Source: an uncultured Clostridia bacterium (GTDB taxonomy: Bacteria; Bacillota; Clostridia; Oscillospirales; Acutalibacteraceae). Taken from it: a stretch of 64,000 nucleotides of DNA. The notes beneath the pieces were generated by a model that had not been told where the DNA came from, did not search any database, and saw only the letters and a list, made by a program, of their open reading frames with translations. The stretch lies in NCBI GenBank assembly GCA_945863885.1, contig CAMAZY010000014.1, forward strand, positions 500-64,499, written 5' to 3'. Made by a program: the position numbers and the translations under genes. Positions 26,379 to 36,280 of this stretch are shown here, one piece after another. Position 1 is the stretch's first letter. Each line of letters starts with the position of its first letter.

Positions 26379-27479
26379 ATGCCGCCTCTTTCACTGATGA
26401 TCAAACCGGCTTCGTCGCTTTGCAACCTTTCGTGCGAATACTGCTTTTACCGTGACGTTTCCGAGCACAGAGAGCATTTGGGCTTCGGCATCATGACCGA
26501 GGACACGGCAAGGGTGCTGATTGAAAAAGCGCTTTTGTTTGCCGACGGTCAGAGTGTCGCATTCGCCTTTCAGGGCGGAGAGCCGACGCTTGCCGGTAAG
26601 GAATTTTTTAAGTTTTTTGTTGACACGGTAAACGAACTGAACCGTAAGCACAGCCGGATTTATTACAGTATTCAGACCAACGGCACGGGAATCGACAACG
26701 AATGGGCACGCTTTTTCGCCCGGAACAAATTTCTTGTCGGGCTTAGTCTTGACGGCGATTTTGACGGCAACAAATTCCGCAAAAAGCCGTCGGGGCAAAA
26801 TTCCTTTTATCAGATTGTAAGAGCCGCCGACATTCTGACCAAGCATTCGGCTGACTTCAATATTCTGACGGTGCTTACCGGCTACTGTGCAGAAAACGGC
26901 GAGCGGATTTACAAATATTTCCGCTCAAAGGGCTATAAATATCTTCAGTTTATCCCGTGTCTGCGTCCGTTTGACTCCAACGAACAAAGCGAGCTTTACA
27001 TGACGAACGAGCAGTACGCCGACTTTTTAATCAAGGTCTTTAACCTTTACGTCAAGGATTATGTCCGGGATCAGTACATCAGCATCCGTCAGTTTGACAA
27101 CTGGGTGCGGCTTTTCCTCGGACAGCGTCCCGAACAATGCGGCGTCGCCGGCTTTTGCTCTCATCAATTCGTCAGCGAAAGCAACGGCAACATCTATCCA
27201 TGCGACTTCTACTGTACGGACGAATATCTGCTCGGCAACATTCTTGAAACCGACTTTCAAAAAATGGCGAACAGCGAAACCGCCAAAAATTTCATCAAAG
27301 AAAGCCTGACGGTGTCGGAAGAATGTAAGAAGTGCCGCTATTATCCCGTCTGTCGTGCCGGCGGCTGCAAGCGGACACAGCAAAGCGAAAACTACTGCAA
27401 GGCGTACAAGAAATTTTTCTCGTCGTGTCTGCCGCTGTTTCGGGTTTTCGCCGCCGAAAAACCGAGAGAGAAGCGGTAA
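26379..27479 (+). CDS. Radical SAM/SPASM anaerobic sulfatase-maturating enzyme
   Basis: SLCNLSCEYCFY (CxxxCxxC), GGEPTL, and a C-terminal SPASM Cys cluster (CxxxxxC...CKKCRYYPVCRAGGC). Confidence 0.85.
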   Translation: MPPLSLMIKPASSLCNLSCEYCFYRDVSEHREHLGFGIMTEDTARVLIEKALLFADGQSVAFAFQGGEPTLAGKEFFKFFVDTVNELNRKHSRIYYSIQTNGTGIDNEWARFFARNKFLVGLSLDGDFDGNKFRKKPSGQNSFYQIVRAADILTKHSADFNILTVLTGYCAENGERIYKYFRSKGYKYLQFIPCLRPFDSNEQSELYMTNEQYADFLIKVFNLYVKDYVRDQYISIRQFDNWVRLFLGQRPEQCGVAGFCSHQFVSESNGNIYPCDFYCTDEYLLGNILETDFQKMANSETAKNFIKESLTVSEECKKCRYYPVCRAGGCKRTQQSENYCKAYKKFFSSCLPLFRVFAAEKPREKR

Positions 27480-27528
27480 AATGAATAAGGAAGCCTCCGT
27501 TTTCACCCGGAAAACGGAGGTCAATTTT

Positions 27529-28653
27529 TTAGTTCCGATGGTTGAACACAATTCTTTCGGCAATTCGTTTTGCGCTGAAAGAATCGCAATAATCGAAATT
27601 AAATTGCTTGAATTTTTCGTTCTTTTCCCTGTCAAACGGTGCCGCAATCGCCTTGGCGGTCTCCTCAATGCTTGTTGTCACCGAGCCGGGCACATAGTCG
27701 GCATAATCAAAATAAAAGTCACGGTCTTTGCGGTATTCCTCAAGGTCAAAGGCAAAGAACACCGTCTTTTTGTCAAGCAGGGAGAAGTCCATACAGATGG
27801 ATGAATAGTCGGTAATCAGCGCATCACACACCGCCACAAGCTCTCTGACGTCTTGGTACTGTGTGACATCAACCGCACCGTCAAGCCCCGTTTCTTTCGG
27901 TCTTATTTGCGGATGAAGCCGCAAAAGGACGGCGTATTCGTCACCGAGCAGGTTTGAAAGTTTTTTTGCGTCGAAGTGTTCGAGAATCTTTTCGTTCTGC
28001 TCGGGGTCGTCCCGGAACGTCGGCGCATACAGCACAAGCTTTTTTCCTTGAAGTGCGGGATACCGCTCGAAGAAGTGCTCTTTCGCTGCTTCAAGGTTTT
28101 CCTCTTTGAAGAACCAATCCGTTCGTGCCGAACCGAGCGGCAAAGCCCTGTCGTCGCTTATGCCGAATGCCTCGGCATAAAACGGGACAACATTTTTTGA
28201 CGAGCAAATTACGAAGCTTAGCCGTTTATTGCTTTCGATTTCGTTTTTGCGTACCTCATCGGGCTGTTCAATCGACAGTCCGAACTTTTTAAATACGCCC
28301 TCTGCGTGCCACAGCTGAACGACCGTCGTTTCTTTCCGGAAGTGACAGCCGGACATCGGCAAAAAGTTGTCGTTTAAGAAAACATAGCCGGAAGTGGCAA
28401 GCTTTCTTGATTTTACAAAGAAAAACGACAGCGCACGGGGCACATTTTTCAGCTTCACTTCAAGGTCTTTTCTTGTGATAAAAACAAACTCAAAGCCGCC
28501 TTTTTCTTCAAGAGCTCGTCTGACTTCACCGAGGCTGTCGTTGAAGCTTTCGTTATGCATCGAAACGAAAGCGACGCGGTTTTTCTTCACTTTGAAAAGC
28601 TTCGCCGAGATATTGAAAAGCAGAGCATAAATAGCATAAATCAGTTTTTTCAT
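27529..28653 (-). CDS. CDP-glycerol glycerophosphotransferase (TagB/TagF family)
   Basis: 374 aa. Resembles the TagF catalytic domain (QLWHAEGVFKKFG, YAPTFRD, ITDYSSI). Confidence 0.8.
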   Translation of the reverse strand: MKKLIYAIYALLFNISAKLFKVKKNRVAFVSMHNESFNDSLGEVRRALEEKGGFEFVFITRKDLEVKLKNVPRALSFFFVKSRKLATSGYVFLNDNFLPMSGCHFRKETTVVQLWHAEGVFKKFGLSIEQPDEVRKNEIESNKRLSFVICSSKNVVPFYAEAFGISDDRALPLGSARTDWFFKEENLEAAKEHFFERYPALQGKKLVLYAPTFRDDPEQNEKILEHFDAKKLSNLLGDEYAVLLRLHPQIRPKETGLDGAVDVTQYQDVRELVAVCDALITDYSSICMDFSLLDKKTVFFAFDLEEYRKDRDFYFDYADYVPGSVTTSIEETAKAIAAPFDREKNEKFKQFNFDYCDSFSAKRIAERIVFNHRN

Positions 28654-28668
28654 ACCGTCCGCCTCTGT

Positions 28669-30018
28669 TTACTTGATGATTTTTTTGACCAGCACGAAAT
28701 TCATCAGCCTGAACAAAAGCGGATAGAAAGCGGTTTTCAGCTTTGCGGGAAGTCCGAGCTTATATAACAGCCGGATAACTCTTACGTCAAGCGTTTTCGG
28801 CTTCCTTAAAACGACCCTGTTCCTCGACCGTGCTTTCTTTTTCGCATTTTTCAAAAAGCCCTTGTCGTCAAGCACAACAAGATTTTGCATAGCAAGGTAT
28901 TCCGGCGGTATTTTTCCGGCCGCCGACTTCGGAATAATGACCTCAAACAGCGGACAGTACTGCTCGTATACCGTAGCAAGAATTTTTTCACATTCGTCCG
29001 TATTTTTGATGATAAAGGTTGCGTTCGGCTTTTGCGCCGCCTCCTCTTTCGATTGAGCAATCGTGTCAAGGTGCAGATCGTTTTCGGCGTTTTTGAACTT
29101 GTTGTACCGTTCGGGCGTCATAAGAGCACGAAGCCGCTTGAATTCCTTGGAACAGAATTCGGCACATTCATCGTCGCCGTGCCACATCAGACGGTAAAAC
29201 TGCATAATCAGAATGTGCGTATGCTTATAGACGATTTCCTGAAGATACGTTTCCTTATCCACGCTATCTGGAGCTTTTTCAAGCGCCTTTTTCGCTCCGT
29301 CATAAATCATGTTCAGCGAATCTGTGAAGCTTCTGACAAGCCCGATATTGACCGTCTGACTGACGGAAAGTCCCTGCTTTTTCGTGTGGCGGCGGTAGAA
29401 CATACAAGCGTCCATCGTTCCGCACAGCTTCTTCACGCCCGAATAGACATACGACATGAAGAATGCACCCTCTTCGCAGTAGCGGAAAAGCGGAAATTCA
29501 ACGCCCGAAGCGACAAGCCGCTCCCGGTTATAACACTTGTTGCCGACAAGAAACTTCCAGATCAGGTCGATATCAAACGGGTCAATTTCATCCTTTTCGG
29601 CAAGCCGGTCGGCGACCTTGCTGTATTCGCCCTTGATACCGTCGCCGAAGGTCGCAAGTCTGCCTAAAACGATATCGGCGTCGTGCGCTTCGCCGGCCTT
29701 GTAGAACGCTTCAAGCGACGTGTCCGAATACGTGTCGTCTGCGTCAAGGAAAACGACATATTTGCCCGTCGCTTTCGTAAGTCCGTTGTTTCTTGCTGCC
29801 GAAACGCCCGCATTTTCCTGATAGTATGACTTGATCCAAGGGTATTTATCCGAGTAACTGTCAATAATGCTCTGGGTCGAGTCGGTCGAGCCGTCGTTGA
29901 TGATGACGGCTTCGATATCGTCAAGCGTCTGACGCACAAGGCAATCTAAGGTTTCCCCGATAAACTGCTCACTGTTATAGGCAGGGATAATAACCGAAAC
30001 TTTTGGCACTGTTTTCAT
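28669..30018 (-). CDS. Family 2 glycosyltransferase with a C-terminal extension
   Basis: VSVIIPAYNSEQFIGETLDCLVRQT, NDGSTD and LDADD. Start assigned to ATG 30018 (weak SD). The track start at 30132 would overlap the sulfatase gene. Confidence 0.75.
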   Translation of the reverse strand: MKTVPKVSVIIPAYNSEQFIGETLDCLVRQTLDDIEAVIINDGSTDSTQSIIDSYSDKYPWIKSYYQENAGVSAARNNGLTKATGKYVVFLDADDTYSDTSLEAFYKAGEAHDADIVLGRLATFGDGIKGEYSKVADRLAEKDEIDPFDIDLIWKFLVGNKCYNRERLVASGVEFPLFRYCEEGAFFMSYVYSGVKKLCGTMDACMFYRRHTKKQGLSVSQTVNIGLVRSFTDSLNMIYDGAKKALEKAPDSVDKETYLQEIVYKHTHILIMQFYRLMWHGDDECAEFCSKEFKRLRALMTPERYNKFKNAENDLHLDTIAQSKEEAAQKPNATFIIKNTDECEKILATVYEQYCPLFEVIIPKSAAGKIPPEYLAMQNLVVLDDKGFLKNAKKKARSRNRVVLRKPKTLDVRVIRLLYKLGLPAKLKTAFYPLLFRLMNFVLVKKIIK

Positions 30019-30077
30019 CTCCAATACAAAAGGGGCTGTCTGAGTGGGCAGCCCCCGTAATTTTATTATTTCTCGGT

Positions 30078-32099
30078 TTACTGAGAAATAATACCTCTGC
30101 GGTTTTCCTTGAAGTTCTTCTGAATCTCGCAAAGCTTCTGATTATACTCGTCGGCGATTTCGGGATATACCTTGGAGCGGTTATAGTTTTCGCCTGAGTC
30201 GTCGGTCAGAATGTGAAGCCAGTTCTTGCGGTACTTATCAAAGAAAGCGGAGTTATCGTTCTGAATCTTGTCGAAGTACTTGAAGGTGACATATTCGTTT
30301 TCTTTGAGTACATCATATGTATAATCCGGATATTTCTCTAAGACGCTTTCGGTCGTTACCGTATACTGAATGGCCTTGATGTCCTCTCTCTTCATGTGAA
30401 GAATCGGGTGTTCGGCGGTATGAATTACGCTGTCGTCCTTAAGAAGCGGAGCCATCGAAACGCCGTCAATGACACGGTCAGTCGGAAGATAAGACGCCTG
30501 TCCGCCGTTGCCTGTAATACCGCAAAGGTCAACAAGAGTCGGATAAAGGTCAGCAAGTGTCGCCGACTGCTTTCTTGTTGTGCCGGTTTCACCGAGCTTG
30601 CCGTCTGCGTTGTCCCAGCGGATCATGAACGGCTCTTTCTGTCCGCCTTCATAGGCAAGATACTTACCGCCGCGAAGCTCGTTGACTGAGCCCTCAAGAG
30701 CCGGGCCGTTGTCGCTCGTGAAGACGATGATGGTATTTTCAAGTACGCCGAGCTCTTCCATGGTGTCGAAAAGCTGACCTAAGTAAGCGTCAAACTCGGT
30801 TACGCAGTCGGCGTAGGTGCCCATACCGGACGCACCGTCATATTCCTTGCCGACATAAACCGGAGCGTGCGGCCACGGAGAAGCGTAGTAAGCAAAGAAC
30901 GGCTTATCCTCCTTGGACTTTTCGGTAATCCATTCGGTGATTTCGGCATGAATCCACTTCGTCGCATCGGACTGATCCTTGAGGTCGTCCGTACCCTTGA
31001 CGATTTCGTATTCGCCGTTTTCTTCCTTGACGTGATAGAACGGGGTCATATCGTTTACATGGTGGCTTCCGTAGAAGTAATCAAAGCCCTGGTTGGTCGG
31101 GAGATATTCGCCGTAGTCACCTAAGTGCCACTTGCCGAATGCACCGGTGTTATAGCCTGCCGCCTTGAAGGTTTCGGCAATCGTGATTTCGTCGCCGAGC
31201 ATACCGTCAGCGTTGCCGCCCATTTCAATGGAGTTGAAAATTCTTGTTGCGGCGAACGGAGAAAGGGTATCAATCGTCGGATAGCAGACGTTGTCCGCAT
31301 AGCCTCTGTACGGATAACGGCCGGTCATAGCGGCAAAACGTGACGGAGAGCAGACAGAATAAGAGGAATAAAAGTTTTCGAAGTTCAGTCCGTTTTCACC
31401 GATGGAGTCGATGTTCGGCGTCTGAATGAGAGAACCGTTGAGCGAAACGTCGCCGTAGCCGAGGTCGTCCATGAGAATGAAAAGGACGTTCGGACTTTTC
31501 GAATCGGCGTTCTTGTCAACACCCTTGAGATAGTCGTCCTGACCCTCCCAGAGTCTTTGTGCATTCGGCTTGGTTCTCATGTTGGCGGTAAGGACATAGA
31601 AAATGCTCGTACCGATTAAAAGCACGCTCAGCACAAAGGACATCGCCTTTTGAAGCGCAAGCTTTTTGACGTTTTTCTTTCTTGCGATGAAGAAGATTGC
31701 CCAAAGGCAGACAGCACACGGCAGAACAAGAAGCAGGTTTCCAAGAAGTCTTGTTCCGAAGTTGCCTTCGCTGGTAAGAAGCGGATGCTCAGCGCTCTTG
31801 AAGCCGGCAAGACCCGAGCTGAAAGCACCGAAGCCTGCGTCTGCGCCCCAGATGATGTGGAAAAGAACATTGCCGAAGCTTGAAGCGGCGTAGCCGATAA
31901 CCATTGTCAGATAGACCTTGCTCTTAAAAAGAATCGAAAGCAGAATCACAAGCGACATCACACAGCAATATGCCATGGAAACCACGCTTACGATATTCAG
32001 ATGCAAAATCCATTGTGCGAGCATGATGAGAATTCCGACAATCATCAGAGTCATCGGGAATACCTTGAGCCCTTTGTCGAGTTCGAGTTTTCGTTTCAT
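30078..32099 (-). CDS. Membrane-anchored Cys-type (formylglycine) sulfatase
   Basis: About 5 N-terminal TM helices (residues 1-175). Then LFILMDDLGYGD and the sulfatase signature VCSPSRFAAMTG (Cys250, codon 31350-31352). Confidence 0.85.
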   Translation of the reverse strand: MKRKLELDKGLKVFPMTLMIVGILIMLAQWILHLNIVSVVSMAYCCVMSLVILLSILFKSKVYLTMVIGYAASSFGNVLFHIIWGADAGFGAFSSGLAGFKSAEHPLLTSEGNFGTRLLGNLLLVLPCAVCLWAIFFIARKKNVKKLALQKAMSFVLSVLLIGTSIFYVLTANMRTKPNAQRLWEGQDDYLKGVDKNADSKSPNVLFILMDDLGYGDVSLNGSLIQTPNIDSIGENGLNFENFYSSYSVCSPSRFAAMTGRYPYRGYADNVCYPTIDTLSPFAATRIFNSIEMGGNADGMLGDEITIAETFKAAGYNTGAFGKWHLGDYGEYLPTNQGFDYFYGSHHVNDMTPFYHVKEENGEYEIVKGTDDLKDQSDATKWIHAEITEWITEKSKEDKPFFAYYASPWPHAPVYVGKEYDGASGMGTYADCVTEFDAYLGQLFDTMEELGVLENTIIVFTSDNGPALEGSVNELRGGKYLAYEGGQKEPFMIRWDNADGKLGETGTTRKQSATLADLYPTLVDLCGITGNGGQASYLPTDRVIDGVSMAPLLKDDSVIHTAEHPILHMKREDIKAIQYTVTTESVLEKYPDYTYDVLKENEYVTFKYFDKIQNDNSAFFDKYRKNWLHILTDDSGENYNRSKVYPEIADEYNQKLCEIQKNFKENRRGIISQ

Positions 32100-32189
32100 T
32101 ATTGATCCTCCCGGAATTTTTTGTTTTCCGGCTTCCGCCTGTCAGCTTCCGCCTTCATTTATATCCTGTGCAGGGTTTTCCTGCACCGA

Positions 32190-32981
32190 TTACCTGAATT
32201 TTGTAAGCTCAATTGTATCGGTAAGCTTCAGTCCGTAGGAAAGAAGCGTCTCAATTGCTTTATTCCGTAAAGCCTTATCGAAATAGGCTTCCGGCTTGTG
32301 GGCATCGATTCCGATAACAGCCGTCGCACCCATTTCGCCCGCTATCCGCCAGAAATCGGGATAGGGATAGCCCTGCCGTCCGTCCTCGATTCCGTGAGCG
32401 AAGCCTAACAGGTTATATTCGAGCGGAACGCCGCACGCCATCGCTTTTTCGATGATTTCCCGTGACGCCCTTTCGCAGTCCCTGTCAAACGACGGGTACA
32501 TTCTCATAAATAAATCGGGATGCGCAACGTAAGAAAACAGTCCGCTTTCAATCGCTTCGACAACGTCGTTTTTGTAGTTTTCAAGCTCCCCGGGTTCGGT
32601 TATCATGCCATTATAGACGCCTGTCGGCTCATCGGGCGAATAATGATGACCGAGAATAATATAATCGAAGCCGTATTCATGAAGAACCGTTTTCAACCAC
32701 GGAATATACTTTTTAAAGTATTCGCATTCGAGTCCGAGCCGGATTGTGATTTTGTCCTTATATTTTTCCCGCAAGCCTTTTACCGAGTCAACATACCCGG
32801 GAAGCTGTTCGGGCGTCATTCTCATATACGACACATAGCCGTTTTCAAACGGCCACGGGCTATGGTCGGAAAAGCCGATTTCGGAAAAGCCCGCTTCAAT
32901 CGCCGCTTTCACAAACGCTTCATCTTCACCCGTTGCGTGCTTACAGCGTTCGGTATGGGTATGATAGTTATAAAGCTTCAT
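32190..32981 (-). CDS. PHP-family histidinol-phosphatase-like phosphoesterase
   Basis: MKLYNYHTHTERCKHA N-terminus, with His/Asp PHP motifs throughout. Start at ATG 32981 after GGAGG. Confidence 0.8.
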   Translation of the reverse strand: MKLYNYHTHTERCKHATGEDEAFVKAAIEAGFSEIGFSDHSPWPFENGYVSYMRMTPEQLPGYVDSVKGLREKYKDKITIRLGLECEYFKKYIPWLKTVLHEYGFDYIILGHHYSPDEPTGVYNGMITEPGELENYKNDVVEAIESGLFSYVAHPDLFMRMYPSFDRDCERASREIIEKAMACGVPLEYNLLGFAHGIEDGRQGYPYPDFWRIAGEMGATAVIGIDAHKPEAYFDKALRNKAIETLLSYGLKLTDTIELTKFR

Positions 32982-33197
32982 CAAAAAGCCTCCGTTAGTA
33001 AATTGACATGTCAAGTTATTATACCATTATCTTCTCAAAAAATAAAGCCCGAAAAAAATATTTGTAAAATTCTTCATTTTATGGTATGATAATTTGAAAG
33101 CGTCTTGAAAAACAGTCAATCGTGTAGTTGAGACAAAGAAAGACGCACCGATATATTATCTGAAAGGAAAAAGTGCCAACGCACAGGGAAGAAGAAA

Positions 33198-33935
33198 ATG
33201 AAAGTAGTATTACTGAACAGCGCCTATGAAATATCAAAAGCAGTTTCGTCCATAATAATTGAGCAGATCAATCGCAAGCCCGACAGCGTCCTCGGCTTTG
33301 CAACCGGCTCGTCCCCCGTTGAAACCTACAAAAGAATCATCGAAGCGTACGAAAACGGCGAGGTCAGCCTGAAGAACATCACGACCTTCAATCTTGACGA
33401 ATACTGCGGACTCGAGCATGAAAACGAAAACAGCTATTATTATTTCATGAAAGACAATCTTTTCGGAAAGACCGATGTTGACTACGACAAGGTTCATTTC
33501 CTTTCGGGTACGACCGGCGACATCGACAAGGAATGTCAGGCGTACCGCGACGACATCGAAAAGGCGGGAGGTATCGACATTCAGCTTTTAGGCGTCGGCA
33601 CAAACGGCCACATCGGCTTCAACGAACCGAGCGAAAGCTTTACCGACGGTCCGTTCAAGGTCAAGCTTGCCGAAAGCACCATCAAGGCCAACAGCCGCTT
33701 CTTTGAGGACGGAAAGGTTCCCGAATATGCTCTGACGATGGGAATCGGCGACATCATGAAAGCCAAAAAGATTCTGCTGATTGCTACCGGCTCGTCAAAG
33801 GTCAACGCCGTCAAGCAGATGGTTGAGGGCGAGGTCACACCGCACTGTCCGGCTACAATTTTACAAAATCACCCGGACACCACCATTTTCATTGACAGTG
33901 AAAGTGCCGCTCTGCTTGCGAACAAGAATTTTTAA
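33198..33935 (+). CDS. nagB: Glucosamine-6-phosphate deaminase
   Basis: GFATGSSP, FNLDEY and LGVGTNGHIGFNEP. Confidence 0.93.
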   Translation: MKVVLLNSAYEISKAVSSIIIEQINRKPDSVLGFATGSSPVETYKRIIEAYENGEVSLKNITTFNLDEYCGLEHENENSYYYFMKDNLFGKTDVDYDKVHFLSGTTGDIDKECQAYRDDIEKAGGIDIQLLGVGTNGHIGFNEPSESFTDGPFKVKLAESTIKANSRFFEDGKVPEYALTMGIGDIMKAKKILLIATGSSKVNAVKQMVEGEVTPHCPATILQNHPDTTIFIDSESAALLANKNF

Positions 33936-34002
33936 TCGAAGATTATTTTTTCGGAAATGACCTGTTTTCTCTTTTGTGATTTTCCGATTATAAGGTGATG
34001 GA

Positions 34003-34887
34003 ATGAAAGACGGAAAATTGACTGAAATCAAAAACAAGCCCGAAATCCTGTCAATCGTCATCAACGGCGACGACGACAGTGTGGCTTTAAAATGGTGCCC
34101 GGCGGTCGGCGCCGACAAATATGTCATTCAGCGCAAAACCCCCGAGGACGAAAAGTTCACAAAGGTCGGAACGACCAAAGCCGCCGTAACCGAATTTACC
34201 GACAAAACCGTCCCCGGCGAGGGAGAATACAGCTACCGTATCGTTGCAAGAAAAACGGTAAAGGACGAAGAGCCGAAAACCAAGAAAAGTCAGGCGGAAA
34301 CCGTTACCATCGTGCATCTTCCGTCCGTAAGCTTTGAAAAGGTCGAAACCAACAAAACCGGTAAGGTGACGCTTTCGTGGAAAAAGGCGCCGGACGTTGA
34401 CGGCTACGTCATTTACCGCCGTTACAGCTTTATGACAAAGCCCATTGATCTTGCCGTCGTCGAGGAGGATGTCTGCCGTTTTGTTGACGACAGCACAGTC
34501 AAAGGTCAACATTATTATTACAGCATCCGCTCGTTCCTTCAGAGTGAAAACGGAAAGAATTACAGCGCTCACGGCGACGAAACGTCTGTTGTGCTGTTGG
34601 ATACGCCGTTTTTGCTCAGCACGAAGCGGCTTCACAGAAAAAGAGTCCGGTTTTCTTTCCGGCTTTCCTCCGGTGCGGACGGCTACGCCGCTTTCAAAAG
34701 TGACAGCGAGGACGGCGACTATACCGAAGCGGTAAGAACCGAGGGTAAATTTGTTTTTGAATGCACCGACTGCGCCGAAAAGGGAGTCAAGGGTGCCTAT
34801 TACCGCTTTGCGTGTTATAAAACGGTGGGTGAACAAACCGTTTTCGGCGAAAAAACAAAGCCGGTATTCATCAAATATAAAGTATAG
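34003..34887 (+). CDS. Protein made of three Fn3-like repeats, with no signal peptide
   Basis: Three repeats of the pattern L(K/S)W..(A/V).(A/V)DGY.I(Q/Y)R...Y.Y.I(V/R). N-terminus is MKDGKLTEIKNK with no hydrophobic leader. Confidence 0.6.
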   Translation: MKDGKLTEIKNKPEILSIVINGDDDSVALKWCPAVGADKYVIQRKTPEDEKFTKVGTTKAAVTEFTDKTVPGEGEYSYRIVARKTVKDEEPKTKKSQAETVTIVHLPSVSFEKVETNKTGKVTLSWKKAPDVDGYVIYRRYSFMTKPIDLAVVEEDVCRFVDDSTVKGQHYYYSIRSFLQSENGKNYSAHGDETSVVLLDTPFLLSTKRLHRKRVRFSFRLSSGADGYAAFKSDSEDGDYTEAVRTEGKFVFECTDCAEKGVKGAYYRFACYKTVGEQTVFGEKTKPVFIKYKV

Positions 34888-35042
34888 GCAACCTCTGAAA
34901 ACTCAAGGCGTTCGGCAAAGTGCACAAATGATGCCCATAGGTTTTTAGATGTCCGGCGCAAGAATTTCCCGTTTTTTTATTGACTTGACGGGATAATATG
35001 GTTATAATGTATATGAATAAATTTCAAATTAGGAGGAATAGT

Positions 35043-35327
35043 ATGAATAAAACACTCAAGAAGTTTACTGCATTGATTCTCAGTCTCATTCTTGCTGTGT
35101 CTGTTTTCGCCGTCGGCTTTACTGCTTTTGCAGAAGATGGCATCGCCGCAGATACAACTGTAGCGGCAGCTGAACAGGAAACCGAAAAGCACGGGGATCA
35201 CGCAACATTTTTCCAACTGTTTATCGATTTCTTCAAGGAGATCGGCTCGTTCTTCAAGTACATTTTCTATGATATTTGGCTCGGAAGACCCGCCCCTCCG
35301 GCTCCGACAATTCCCGACAGAGGATAA
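35043..35327 (+). CDS. 94-aa secreted small protein with a Phe-rich amphipathic C-terminal segment
   Basis: ATG 35043 lies 5 nt after AGGAGGA. Signal peptide MNKTLKKFTALILSLILAVSVFAVGFTAFA. C-terminal part is FFQLFIDFFKEIGSFFKYIFYDIW. Confidence 0.7.
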   Translation: MNKTLKKFTALILSLILAVSVFAVGFTAFAEDGIAADTTVAAAEQETEKHGDHATFFQLFIDFFKEIGSFFKYIFYDIWLGRPAPPAPTIPDRG

Positions 35328-35348
35328 GTAAATAACGACTGACAATGA

Positions 35349-35379
35349 AAGCACGGACATTTCGGTTCCGTGCTTTTTT
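35349..35379 (+). terminator. Terminator of the 94-aa gene
   Basis: aagcacgga...tccgtgctt followed by tttt. Confidence 0.75.
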
Positions 35380-35426
35380 GTGTTGATTATCTTTAACGCA
35401 GCTATGCCAACTATTCCAAGCCATTT

Positions 35427-36095
35427 TTACCGCTTGTTCTTCACTGCTTTTTTATCCCAGAAATCTGTAAATTCGGTCTTTAACTGCTCAAAGGTAATAT
35501 CGGCGGATAAATCGCCGTCAAGATAAAGAATCCACGCTCTTAACACCATGGTTCCTGCACAGCCGCTTTGGTATTTTGCTTTAAAAATTGTATCCCGATG
35601 CGCTTTGTCACCGCTGATAAACAAAAGGCCGCTCAGCAGGGACACCAGAATCTGATTATCGGTTTTGGCTTTAATTGTGTCTTGCAGGTGTTCCCGTATA
35701 GCAGGAATATTGTCATTGACATCCGGAGCATATTTTTTATAGGCGTCAATCGCCTCACGAAGTTTTTCTTCCTTTTTCGGAATGCTTTTACGCAGCTGGG
35801 TTTTCATCCATACGGAATAATCGTTATAATCCCGTGCAAGTAATCTCATCAATTGAAAATCCTCATATCTGAAATAAAACTGCCGTGCAAAAACGCCCGC
35901 TATTATCGGTGTAAAGAAACAGGCAGTTAAAGGTGAGATGAAAACCTCACACAAAAGAGCAACCGCAACACATAGAATAAAAGCAAGCAACGTATACAGG
36001 AGATTTCTCCAAAAATCCTTTGCAAATTCGCTCTTCAATTCCTCCATTTTCGGGATACCGTCTAATACATGCCTTTTGTAAAACCTGCTTTTCAT
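35427..36095 (-). CDS. Hypothetical membrane protein
   Basis: Two TM helices near the N-terminus (LLYTLLAFILCVAVALLCEVF and CFFTPIIAGVFA). ATG 36095 lies 5 nt after AAAGGTGA. No motif recognised. Confidence 0.55.
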   Translation of the reverse strand: MKSRFYKRHVLDGIPKMEELKSEFAKDFWRNLLYTLLAFILCVAVALLCEVFISPLTACFFTPIIAGVFARQFYFRYEDFQLMRLLARDYNDYSVWMKTQLRKSIPKKEEKLREAIDAYKKYAPDVNDNIPAIREHLQDTIKAKTDNQILVSLLSGLLFISGDKAHRDTIFKAKYQSGCAGTMVLRAWILYLDGDLSADITFEQLKTEFTDFWDKKAVKNKR

Positions 36096-36280
36096 ATATA
36101 TCACCTTTGATATATTTCCTCTTCATTATTCATTATAACATATCCGACTGCCTTTTGCAATAAGAAATTATCGCCGATACTTTGTTCCCTGCCGCAAAAG
36201 AATACCGCCTGCACTGTCAAAAATAACCAATCCGTTTTGCGGCAAATAATTTACCTGATGCACGAATCTAAAGCGCCGTT

